Assembly (NCBI GenBank): GCA_016844955.1
Contig: JAERTH010000031.1
Coordinates: 16,087 to 80,086 of the forward strand
Source: Fidelibacterota bacterium
Lineage (GTDB): Bacteria > Fidelibacterota > UBA8477 > JABMPR01
Direction of reading: 5' to 3'
DNA: 64,000 nucleotides
A model generated the notes under the pieces. The model was given only the letters and a program-made list of their open reading frames with translations, ran no database searches and was not told the DNA's origin. This document shows, piece after piece, positions 49,400-58,058 of this stretch. Each line of letters starts with the position of its first letter. Position 1 is the first letter of the stretch. Both the position numbers and the translations under genes were made by a program.

Positions 49400-50476
49400 T
49401 TAATCGGCCAAGAGAATATCCAGAATTTTGCTGATCGGTTCTTCGGTTTCAGCATCCACCAGCGGAAAATCATTCTTCCAGTTCCAGTGTGCCCAGGCAA
49501 TTCCATTGTCATTAAATATAGCAATCATATCCTGATACCAGGCCTGGCGCATTTCCATGGAAGTCGTTGGATAAGCCCCGTATTCGCCACAATATAGGGG
49601 CAGCCCAAGTGCTTTGGCCCGCTTGACGGCGATCATTATTTCATCACGCAGGACTGATTTGTCGTAGACTTTTATGTAATTGCTAATTCCATTAACAGTC
49701 TGCTCATCATAGCCTGCCAGGTCAGTAGTATCCAGAATCATTCCAGGATACTGAACAGGTCCTTCATATTTGGAAAAGGAAACCCAGTGCGCCTTCCAGT
49801 GAGTTAGCGGCATGGGTGTGTAGATGTGGAAACTCAGAATAATGTTTTTGTCATTTTCAGGAACTTCCAAATCCGGGAAGGTCCAGGTTTGCTGCCAGTT
49901 GTTGGATCCCATAATGATGGTTCGTTCTGGTTCCAGTTTCCGAATTTCTGAGATTACCCAATTAATAAGGTTATTCCAGTCTTCAGGGTTGTCAGACACG
50001 GCTTCATTCATGGGTTCATAGGCCAGCATGTCATTGGGGTATGGGCTTAGTTTTGCTGACAGGTCCTTCCAGAACCCTATAAAATTGAGCTGTGCCGACT
50101 TTTCATCCCACAGGGTTCTACTGGAGGGATCATTGAAGTGGTGAGACCGCAACACATGGAGGTCAATCACAATTTTGAGATCATGCTTCAGGGCCCACTT
50201 GACAGCTTTATCCAGCAATTTAAAGGCCTTTTTATTTTGTTTCCCTTCCTCAGTCCAGAATTGCTCTTCATCAATGGGTAATCTTACATGATCAAATCCA
50301 AGCGCTTTGATTTGAATAAAGTCTTTTTCCGTGACGTATCGTTTACGCTCTTTTCCACGGATGTCAGTTTGGGATAACCAATGGCTGACATTCACACCGC
50401 GTTTAATGACAAAATCTCCGGCATACATTTGAGATCCAAATACAAAGATAAGAATTGTTGAAAATAATTTCTTCAA
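49400..50476 (-). CDS. Exported glycoside hydrolase family 5
   Basis: TTG 50476 after AGGGG. GVNVSHWLSQ, FDHVRLP, IDLH, acid/base NEA, nucleophile CGEYG. Confidence 0.88.
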   Translation of the reverse strand: MKKLFSTILIFVFGSQMYAGDFVIKRGVNVSHWLSQTDIRGKERKRYVTEKDFIQIKALGFDHVRLPIDEEQFWTEEGKQNKKAFKLLDKAVKWALKHDLKIVIDLHVLRSHHFNDPSSRTLWDEKSAQLNFIGFWKDLSAKLSPYPNDMLAYEPMNEAVSDNPEDWNNLINWVISEIRKLEPERTIIMGSNNWQQTWTFPDLEVPENDKNIILSFHIYTPMPLTHWKAHWVSFSKYEGPVQYPGMILDTTDLAGYDEQTVNGISNYIKVYDKSVLRDEIMIAVKRAKALGLPLYCGEYGAYPTTSMEMRQAWYQDMIAIFNDNGIAWAHWNWKNDFPLVDAETEEPISKILDILLAD

Positions 50477-50557
50477 GATGTTCCCCTGTGGTTTAAGGTT
50501 AAAACAATTAGGTTTCAGTCCAGCTGTCCGGCTTAAGCATCCCAAAAATACAGCCTG

Positions 50558-51748
50558 TTAGAATCCAGGAATATCTGCCTTCTCCTGATGAAGCGGTATT
50601 CCATTATCATAGTCAATACGCTGTGGCTCGGATTTCATCAAGTCTGGGAATTGTTTATACAAGCTTGTGGCAAAGAGGAAATCCAGATGCTCATTGCTCT
50701 CAGGACTCCAACCCATGGTGCGCTCCCAGATCTCAGCTGACTCCATGCAGAAATAGATGAACAAATCTTCACTGCCATATTTGCGCAAGGCATCATACAC
50801 TGTGCGATACATATCCAAACGCAGGGGTTTAGGATAGCGCATTTTGCCATCCATTCCACGAATGAGTTCAGCAAACATGATTTTTGATTTGGGGAATTTC
50901 TCCAGCACCTTATCCTTCATCTCTGGCGGAAAACGTAACGAGCCAATAGAGATCCAGGCTACATTTTTTGGATTTACTACTTCAAACAGCTGTCGGATTA
51001 AGTCAGGATAGGTCTCTGCCCACTGTTCATGAAAAAGCAGGGGATCAAAATGAAATCCAATCTTATATCCCTTTTCCTGAACCAATCGCATAGCCTCCAG
51101 GCGCTCATTTAGGGAGGCCGCCTTATGCTCCTCCGCATCTATTATCACCTGGGGATTAACTGACCAGGAAATCACTGTATGGCCTTTATGATCCAGATTC
51201 AGGAGATTTTCGATACGATTCGATTTGGTTTTCAGCTCAAGCAGTACATTGTCCAAATCGGCAAAGTAGCTCACAATATCCCGGGAATACTGAGAGGAAG
51301 AATCAAAGGCGAGGCTGTCAGATAATTCACCCGTGCCAATACGAAAAAAACGATCTGGCTGGGTTGATATTTTATCTTTCACTTCAGTCAGTAATTTCTC
51401 TGAGTTGGCGTACACAGTGGTAACTGGATTGTTTAGATAAAACTGGAGAATGCAGTAGGTACAGTCAATGGGACAATTGCTGGTCTGGTTAATAACATGG
51501 TAATTGCAACAACGGTATGTCCTGTCAGTACCAGGGCATTGTTTCACAGTATGTCCCTGTTTCTCGGTGAGTAAAATATCACGCTTAGCAGGCGTTGCCT
51601 CCTGCCGGAACATGGCTTCTTTGTCAGCTTCGGTAAGTTCCAGTTGAATAACTTCAGCTTGAGGATTGTTCTCTTTATACCGGTCGACCAGCGGCTGATC
51701 CGCCACCTTCTGATCAACAATGATCCGTGTAATTTTTGGTTCTCGCAT
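50558..51748 (-). CDS. Spore photoproduct lyase-like radical SAM protein
   Basis: CPIDCTYC; RIGTGELSDSL, LELKTKS, SWSVNP, GFHFDP, GKMRY and YFCME motifs. Confidence 0.82.
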   Translation of the reverse strand: MREPKITRIIVDQKVADQPLVDRYKENNPQAEVIQLELTEADKEAMFRQEATPAKRDILLTEKQGHTVKQCPGTDRTYRCCNYHVINQTSNCPIDCTYCILQFYLNNPVTTVYANSEKLLTEVKDKISTQPDRFFRIGTGELSDSLAFDSSSQYSRDIVSYFADLDNVLLELKTKSNRIENLLNLDHKGHTVISWSVNPQVIIDAEEHKAASLNERLEAMRLVQEKGYKIGFHFDPLLFHEQWAETYPDLIRQLFEVVNPKNVAWISIGSLRFPPEMKDKVLEKFPKSKIMFAELIRGMDGKMRYPKPLRLDMYRTVYDALRKYGSEDLFIYFCMESAEIWERTMGWSPESNEHLDFLFATSLYKQFPDLMKSEPQRIDYDNGIPLHQEKADIPGF

Positions 51749-51754
51749 GTCGCT

Positions 51755-52675
51755 CTATATATGTTTAAAGATGTTTTTGAATTTAAGTGAATCAAGTTTT
51801 TCCAGGGTTTGGCCAAGATCAGCTTCGTCTTTTGCATGGAAGGAAATCTGAACCCCTTGTTGCTCAAAATAGGGATCCCACTTCAGTTTGACATAATCAG
51901 GCAGCTCAGCAGAATCAATAGTTTCGAGCAGTCTTTCTCCTGCCTCACTTAGTGAGGGGAATCTGGCCATGTTAATCTTTTCCCGAATCTCCATCACTGC
52001 CAGACGGTTATCTTCGTAACTATTGTCAGCCATCTCCCAAAGACCCATCTCCTGGGCCTTGGTTTTGAAATCCAGATCATCGCGTTTGGCCATCTCCCAG
52101 ACATTCCCAATGATTTCAGCCGTCATATTGATGCCGATTCTCAAGTTGGCGATAAATTTCTCAACCCAGTCCAGGTTGTCCTCGGCTCGCTGAAAAATAT
52201 GGGCCCGCTTCAAGCTCAAATCCTTTTCAATGATAAATGACTGCAGGGATTCAGGGAGTTTCAAAAGAAAGAGTACCTGATCGATCAACTTCTCGCGTGG
52301 AGCCAGATGTACGGCTGGATAAATGTCTTCAGCCAATATTTTCCGAGGGACACCAATATCTAGAGCAGCTTTGGTAAACAGCGCTTTATCCATGAGATTC
52401 ATGGGGGAGTAGTATTCAACGATCACTTGCAGCAATTCCTGGGTGCTCTCAGACTCCTGGATCAAGTAGACTGGGACTGTAGATTGCCCGGCATCCTGAG
52501 CTGCTACAAAACGGTGAATATCCCCTACGATTTTGATGCAGGAAGGGGTCTGATACGCCAGGATTGGTCGGGACAGAGCAGACTCCATTTGTTCATGGCG
52601 TAGATAAGGTAATGGATTAAAGCTCGAATGTATGGTTGGGCCGACAGTGGTCAGCTCTTTAACTGTGATCTTCAT
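51755..52675 (-). CDS. Divergent ParB/Spo0J-like protein
   Basis: PILA...IVGDIHRFVAA..AG...VPVYL (ParB/Srx-like), MNLMDKA, and LLKLPESLQ...LSL HTH-region pattern. Confidence 0.6.
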   Translation of the reverse strand: MKITVKELTTVGPTIHSSFNPLPYLRHEQMESALSRPILAYQTPSCIKIVGDIHRFVAAQDAGQSTVPVYLIQESESTQELLQVIVEYYSPMNLMDKALFTKAALDIGVPRKILAEDIYPAVHLAPREKLIDQVLFLLKLPESLQSFIIEKDLSLKRAHIFQRAEDNLDWVEKFIANLRIGINMTAEIIGNVWEMAKRDDLDFKTKAQEMGLWEMADNSYEDNRLAVMEIREKINMARFPSLSEAGERLLETIDSAELPDYVKLKWDPYFEQQGVQISFHAKDEADLGQTLEKLDSLKFKNIFKHI

Positions 52676-52852
52676 ACTCACCAATATGTCTTGAATTCAA
52701 AGAATTCAAACAGGTTTAAGAAAAAGAAAAAAGAAGGATTCGTCAAAGAGGGTGGTGTTGACGGAAAGTGACAGGAGAGACCTATGGAATACGCACAACA
52801 ATATAAACGTCCACATGGCTAGGCTTGAATCGATAATTGTTGGCCCTCATCC

Positions 52853-53338
52853 TGACGAGGTCAAGAACCAGCATCAATTGAAATTGAATAATTCGTCTAA
52901 TTCGTTCTATTCGTTGTTAACAGGTACATTGAAACTTGAAACTTGAAACTTGAAATCTGGATCCCCACTTAACGACCTTAACCCGTCTTTGCGAGGAGGG
53001 ACGACGCGGCAATCTCTCTTTTGGTTTTAGACACGAATTACACCCATGCAGCCAATGAACACGAATTGAGTTTTTCTATATGTTTCGTGCAATTAGTGTC
53101 TAGATAATTTGAAGTCTGGATATAGATCCTTCGACAAACTCCATGATGACGAGGTCGAGAACCAGCATTAATTGAAATTGAATAATTCGTCTAATTCGTT
53201 CTATTCGTTGTTAATAGGTAAATTGAAACCGGAAACTTGAAATTTGAAATCTAGATTCCCACTTAATGACCTTAACCCGTCTTTGCGAGGAGGGACGACG
53301 CGGCAATCTCTCTTTTGGTTTCAGACACGAATTACACC
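52853..53338. repeat. 192-bp direct repeat, period 294 bp, containing family B core and GAAACTT heptamers
   Basis: 52853-53044 aligns with 53147-53338 without gaps and with scattered substitutions. A family A right arm (53124-53150) lies at the junction. Confidence 0.9.
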
Positions 53339-53445
53339 AAAGAATCGAATACACACGAAACGAATAATACTTTGCAAAACGCTTATCCTTCACCTGAGTA
53401 TATCCTGAACCCAGGTGAAGTGCTCTCAATGAGGGGTGGAGCGAG

Positions 53446-55095
53446 CTATTTCAAATAGGTCATTTTCTGGTTACGAACCTGGGAGCCTGCTGTCATTCTA
53501 CAGGTATATATCCCCGCTTCACAGAGAGTCCCTTTATTGTTCAGTCCATTCCACATGATGGAATGGTTACCTGCTGGTAGATATTCCCGGACCAGGGTTC
53601 TCACCTCATTGCCTTTAATATCGAAAATCTGCAGATTGACTTGCTCAGATTTAGGTAGTGCAAAGTCGATTCGTGTAGATGGATTGAAAGGGTTTGGTGT
53701 GTTGGGGAAGAGTGAATAAGTATCTGGAAGACTCTGGCTTTCATTCAGGCTTACAGAGGTAGAGTCTTGACAGAGTAATTCATAATCCAGAGAAACATCG
53801 CTGGTCTGAATTTGAGCCACAGGAATTTTTGAGATGCCCAATATGCTGGTACTGGAAACGCCATAGACTGTCTCTATTGACGAGCTGGCTGATCTCATAC
53901 CGAGAACCGTGGATTCCCCACCGCATTCGCTGTTAATATCCGGGTCCATTCCTATGAATAGCATGTCGGTAAACTCTGCATTGACATTTGCATTCCAACC
54001 AGTAACTAAAAAGCTACCATTCTCATATTCTATTGCTGAAGTCAAGTAGCCACGGTCAGGACCTCTGTAGATTTTTGCCCATACTTGCTCACCATTCGGG
54101 TCCAGCAACAGCATGGTGGGCTCATTATTCACGGTTTGGGATTCAGCGGAGCGTCCAGTGACCAAAATTTGATTCTGAGAGGTCAGCTGAATTGATCGTG
54201 GTACGTCATCAAGATTACCACCAAAAACATTTGACCAGACCAAATCACCATTGGGATCAAGCTTGGATATATACCAATCAAGTGCTCCCAGACCATAACT
54301 GTTGGAGTAGCCAGCAATATAGATATTTCCCAAAACATCCAGGAAAAGTGCCTGAGGCGCAGTGACATACTCATCTCCTGATCCACCCATGGATTTTTGC
54401 CAAACAAAATCACCGTTTCCATCGAGTTTGACTATGTAAAGATTTGAGCTTGTGCTGAAACTATTGGAGTAGCCCAATATGACAATATCACCGTTAGCAT
54501 CTTCCTTGATGCTATAGGCTATCTCAAATCCGCCACCACCAATTACCCGACTCCACATGATGTGTCCCATCTTATCTAGTTTGAGTACGAGAATCTCACT
54601 ACTACCCAGGGTTCCATTATAGGTACCACCTGTGATAAGATACCCTCCATCAGCAGTAGGTGAACAGTCCTCGAAAAGGTCATCACCAGGACCTCCATAG
54701 GTGGTGTATGAGAGGAGGGTACCTTGTCCATCAATGGTGGCAAAATAGTAGTCGCGATATCCCGCCCCAAAGCTTTCGGTTCTCCCTGCAAAGCTATAAC
54801 CCTCGTCTGTGACGTGGATAATCCTGGCATTATCAGCATAATCTCCACCATAAGACCTGGCCCAGAGCGGTGAACCCAAGGAATCAGTCATCACTATCAG
54901 ACCATCTTCGCTGCTGGAATTTGTTCCAGATTTAAATCCGGCATGGATGAATGAATCCCCAGTGTGGGTTGTATAATACAGTGTTTCATTGTAGGAATTT
55001 CCTAATAAAGCCTGAAATGGAGCCTGGCTATGAATATGGAGAGGTGTGCTAAGAACAAGTGCAATTTGACAAAGAATTATTGTCATTCGAGACAT
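53446..55095 (-). CDS. Secreted beta-propeller-like repeat protein with T9SS-type CTD
   Basis: ATG 55095. About 50-aa repeats D...KLD.NG...W....GG...D/E; PNPFNP...AGIY CTD. Confidence 0.85.
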   Translation of the reverse strand: MSRMTIILCQIALVLSTPLHIHSQAPFQALLGNSYNETLYYTTHTGDSFIHAGFKSGTNSSSEDGLIVMTDSLGSPLWARSYGGDYADNARIIHVTDEGYSFAGRTESFGAGYRDYYFATIDGQGTLLSYTTYGGPGDDLFEDCSPTADGGYLITGGTYNGTLGSSEILVLKLDKMGHIMWSRVIGGGGFEIAYSIKEDANGDIVILGYSNSFSTSSNLYIVKLDGNGDFVWQKSMGGSGDEYVTAPQALFLDVLGNIYIAGYSNSYGLGALDWYISKLDPNGDLVWSNVFGGNLDDVPRSIQLTSQNQILVTGRSAESQTVNNEPTMLLLDPNGEQVWAKIYRGPDRGYLTSAIEYENGSFLVTGWNANVNAEFTDMLFIGMDPDINSECGGESTVLGMRSASSSIETVYGVSSTSILGISKIPVAQIQTSDVSLDYELLCQDSTSVSLNESQSLPDTYSLFPNTPNPFNPSTRIDFALPKSEQVNLQIFDIKGNEVRTLVREYLPAGNHSIMWNGLNNKGTLCEAGIYTCRMTAGSQVRNQKMTYLK

Positions 55096-55208
55096 GGAAT
55101 TTCCCCCTTTGGGCTTGTATTTACAGTGAAAACTAAACAACAATTATCTTTTAACAGGAAGTATTTATTCAGAAAATGTTAGAAATACAGAAAAAAATAA
55201 ATTCTGTT

Positions 55209-55508
55209 TTACTCCATTTTATTTCTACGCGCCAGGGAAAGCCCCCCAAAACCACTGATTACGGCCATATAAAACCCAAAATCATACCACCACCCAGTAT
55301 TATTAGGATCATAAACCCGTGTGCTGTCATTGAAAAATCCTACAATGAGGGAGAGTGGTGCGATCCAACCATGCCAGACTCCACCAAAGAATCCAGCTGG
55401 GGATTTCCCGGCATTTTCTACCGGATTTGGCATACATGCTGTAAATGCCATTACTACCAGAAGTGTCAGGATGACACTAAATATGGATTTGTACCGTTTC
55501 ATAAACAA
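55209..55508 (-). CDS. Small conserved membrane lipoprotein
   Basis: FTAC lipobox; AGFFGGVWHG...Y...NTGWWYDFGF. Confidence 0.7.
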   Translation of the reverse strand: MFMKRYKSIFSVILTLLVVMAFTACMPNPVENAGKSPAGFFGGVWHGWIAPLSLIVGFFNDSTRVYDPNNTGWWYDFGFYMAVISGFGGLSLARRNKME

Positions 55509-55514
55509 CTCTCC

Positions 55515-56009
55515 TTATAAGGTTTCAAACAGGCCTTTGGATTTATTCTTGCGCACATTGTCATGGTTGAAGTATTGTCCGTTCATAGCAATATAGACAC
55601 CATGGGGCAGGGTCTGAACATAGGCCAGCGCGGCACCCATGTTAAAAAGCCCATCAGAACTTCCAAAAACAATAGGAATCATAGCACCTGTTAACACGAT
55701 GGTCTTATCCTTGATGTTGTCAGCCAGAAATGTGGCGGTTTCCACCATGGTATCGGTTCCATGAGTAATGACGATTCTATCTGAAGTGCTTTTCTGGCAG
55801 TGGGTGAGGACAATCTCCCGATCCTGTTCAGACATTTCCAGGCTATCAATCATCATCAGGCTGCGGATATTCACATTCAGCTGTGAGCGTCCCTGTTCCA
55901 GCATTTGTTTGAGATGCGTGTCCCTGAAATACAGATCGCCATTAAGCTCATTGTATTCCTTGTCAAAGGTGCCCCCAGTGATAAATATCTGGATTTGCAT
56001 GTTTGCCAA
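55515..56009 (-). CDS. Short asparaginase (N-terminal domain only)
   Basis: TGGTFDK, DSLEM, THGTDTM and LTGAM in 164 aa. Confidence 0.88.
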   Translation of the reverse strand: MANMQIQIFITGGTFDKEYNELNGDLYFRDTHLKQMLEQGRSQLNVNIRSLMMIDSLEMSEQDREIVLTHCQKSTSDRIVITHGTDTMVETATFLADNIKDKTIVLTGAMIPIVFGSSDGLFNMGAALAYVQTLPHGVYIAMNGQYFNHDNVRKNKSKGLFETL

Positions 56010-56162
56010 ACTCCTGTCCTCTGCCCTATGGTGACAGATATTTACTCATTAACACTTAATGCATAGAAACTACGCTTTGCTTTGTCTTCACCGAACAAAA
56101 AAAGTGCAGGAAAGACTGTGAAAAAAGATTAGAATTAGGATCGTTCGAACAAAGGAGCTTCC

Positions 56163-57047
56163 ATGCTTGAAAAAACAGGTCGCCGCTGGTTACGGGTCAT
56201 CCATATCCTCTTTATCGCATCTCTCATGGGCGGGTTAGTATCAATTCTGGCCATGAACCATATACCTTCTCCTTCTGGTGCTAAACTATTCATTGCCAAT
56301 TATTCTATTTACAGATTGTTTAACATTGTGGTAACCTGGTCCTTTTATGGAGTTCTAGCCACAGGTCTGGTCTACTCCACGTTCACCCATTGGGGATTAA
56401 CAAGACACTGGTGGATCATTGGGAAATGGGTGGGAACCGTGAGTCTTTTTGTGCTGGTTTGGGTCTGGCTGGGACCTGCAATCAATGGTATGGTTGCGCT
56501 TTCAGATATTGGCTTGAACAACCCAGAAAATAACCATGCGTATCGCGCATATAAGTCCTCAGTATCTCCAGTGATCTGGGTGCTGCTTGTCATTATAGCT
56601 GTTCTTGTGACCATCACAATTTTCAGACCCTGGGGACAGCGTAAGCAATCCTATGAATTTCGTCGTAACACTATCCTGGCTTTAACCGGGTTTGGGGTCG
56701 TTCTGGGGGTGGGGCTTGGAATCATGGGCTATTTTGATCTTGAATCTTATCGGAATATGAAAATTTCCACTCCAGATCTTAGTCGAATAGCAGATGGCAG
56801 CTATGAAGGATCCGCTGAATACGCTGGTTTTGAGTATGTGGTGAATGTTGATGTAACAGAACATAAAATTAACCGGGTACACATTCTCGAAAATCGAGAC
56901 AGCCCCTATGCAAAATTTGCTGAGGGAATAATTGAGCGGGTTGTGAAGCAGCAATCACCTGACGTGGATGGAATTACAGGTGCCACTACTACCAGTAAAT
57001 GTCTGATGAAAGCGATTGAAGCAGCCCTGGAAGGAGCTACACTATGA
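56163..57047 (+). CDS. Multi-pass membrane protein (DUF2269-like) fused to FMN-binding domain
   Basis: About 5 TM segments; DGSYEGSA...VDGITGATTTS flavinylation motif. Confidence 0.8.
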   Translation: MLEKTGRRWLRVIHILFIASLMGGLVSILAMNHIPSPSGAKLFIANYSIYRLFNIVVTWSFYGVLATGLVYSTFTHWGLTRHWWIIGKWVGTVSLFVLVWVWLGPAINGMVALSDIGLNNPENNHAYRAYKSSVSPVIWVLLVIIAVLVTITIFRPWGQRKQSYEFRRNTILALTGFGVVLGVGLGIMGYFDLESYRNMKISTPDLSRIADGSYEGSAEYAGFEYVVNVDVTEHKINRVHILENRDSPYAKFAEGIIERVVKQQSPDVDGITGATTTSKCLMKAIEAALEGATL

Positions 57048-57754
57048 ACGTAGATAAAAGAGTTATCCGAAAATTTGAAAAAAAGACCTGGAGTGAGGTC
57101 AAGTCTAAGAATTCCTGGCAGGTATTCCGCATCATGGCTGAATTCGTAGAGGGCTTTGATGTACTCACTGCCATTGGTCCCTCCGTGACCATCTATGGGT
57201 CTGCCCGAACAACTCCTGATAATCCCCATTACCAAATCGCATACGAATTGGGAAAGCTTCTAGCCCAAGAGGGCTTGAGTGTTATCACAGGGGGTGGTCC
57301 CGGCATTATGGAGGCCGCCAACAAGGGCGCTAAAGAGGTGGGAGGCGCTTCCGCAGGTATTGGTATAGAATTGCCCTTTGAAGCCTCTAACAACGCTTAT
57401 ATCGATTCCGATAAAAACATCACTTTTCGCTACTTTTTTGTGCGCAAGCTCATGTTCTTGAAATATTCCCAAGCTTTCGTGGCTTTTCCAGGTGGTCTTG
57501 GGACTCTGGATGAGCTTTTTGAATCTCTGACCCTGTCGCAGACCGGAAAAACACCAAAATTTCCCATTATCCTCGTGGGCCGTGATTATTGGACTGGTAT
57601 GGTTGAATGGCTGAAGGACAAAGCTGTTGCCGAAGGGGCTATCAATGCGGATGACCTTGAGCTTTTCAGGGTCGTCGATACGGCTGAGGAGACCCGTGAC
57701 GCCATTACTGGTTTCTTTGCTAAATACCGCAAAGAGATGGTACCGAACTTTTAG
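57044..57754 (+). CDS. LOG-family nucleotide phosphoribohydrolase (TIGR00730-like)
   Basis: GSART, TGGGPGIMEA, RK, PGGLGTLDE. Confidence 0.92.
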   Translation: MNVDKRVIRKFEKKTWSEVKSKNSWQVFRIMAEFVEGFDVLTAIGPSVTIYGSARTTPDNPHYQIAYELGKLLAQEGLSVITGGGPGIMEAANKGAKEVGGASAGIGIELPFEASNNAYIDSDKNITFRYFFVRKLMFLKYSQAFVAFPGGLGTLDELFESLTLSQTGKTPKFPIILVGRDYWTGMVEWLKDKAVAEGAINADDLELFRVVDTAEETRDAITGFFAKYRKEMVPNF

Positions 57755-57875
57755 TATTACCATCATTTCATTGTGTGTGCTAGCGAGGGCAACGGATTTC
57801 AGTCCATCCGACCCTCATCTGCAATCAATTCTGATATTGTTATGGAATAAAGTTCAGTGAGAGATCTTTTCTTTC

Positions 57876-57990
57876 GCCACCCTGGACACTTCGACCTCTT
57901 TCAGTACAGGCTCTGTGAAGGATCTTGATCCCTAATTGAAAACTCTTGAGTGCACCCAAGGATCAAGATTCTTCACGTTGCTCAGAATGA
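57876..57990. repeat. Family A element with nested insert
   Basis: GTGAAGGATCTTGATCC ... GGATCAAGATTCTTCAC..CTCAGAATGA. Confidence 0.7.
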
Positions 57991-58058
57991 TGCGAGAGGA
58001 TAAGCGTGTGAACGTGCAAAAGCCCTTTGCGATCTCAGAGCCGTTTGCAATTAATATA

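Noticed and set aside
51755..52675. Chromosome partition locus
   Set aside because: No parA is adjacent, no canonical parS palindrome was noticed nearby, and the CTP-binding motif is degenerate.
52853..53338. CRISPR array or IS ends
   Set aside because: Only two long copies, no repeat-spacer pattern and no transposase.
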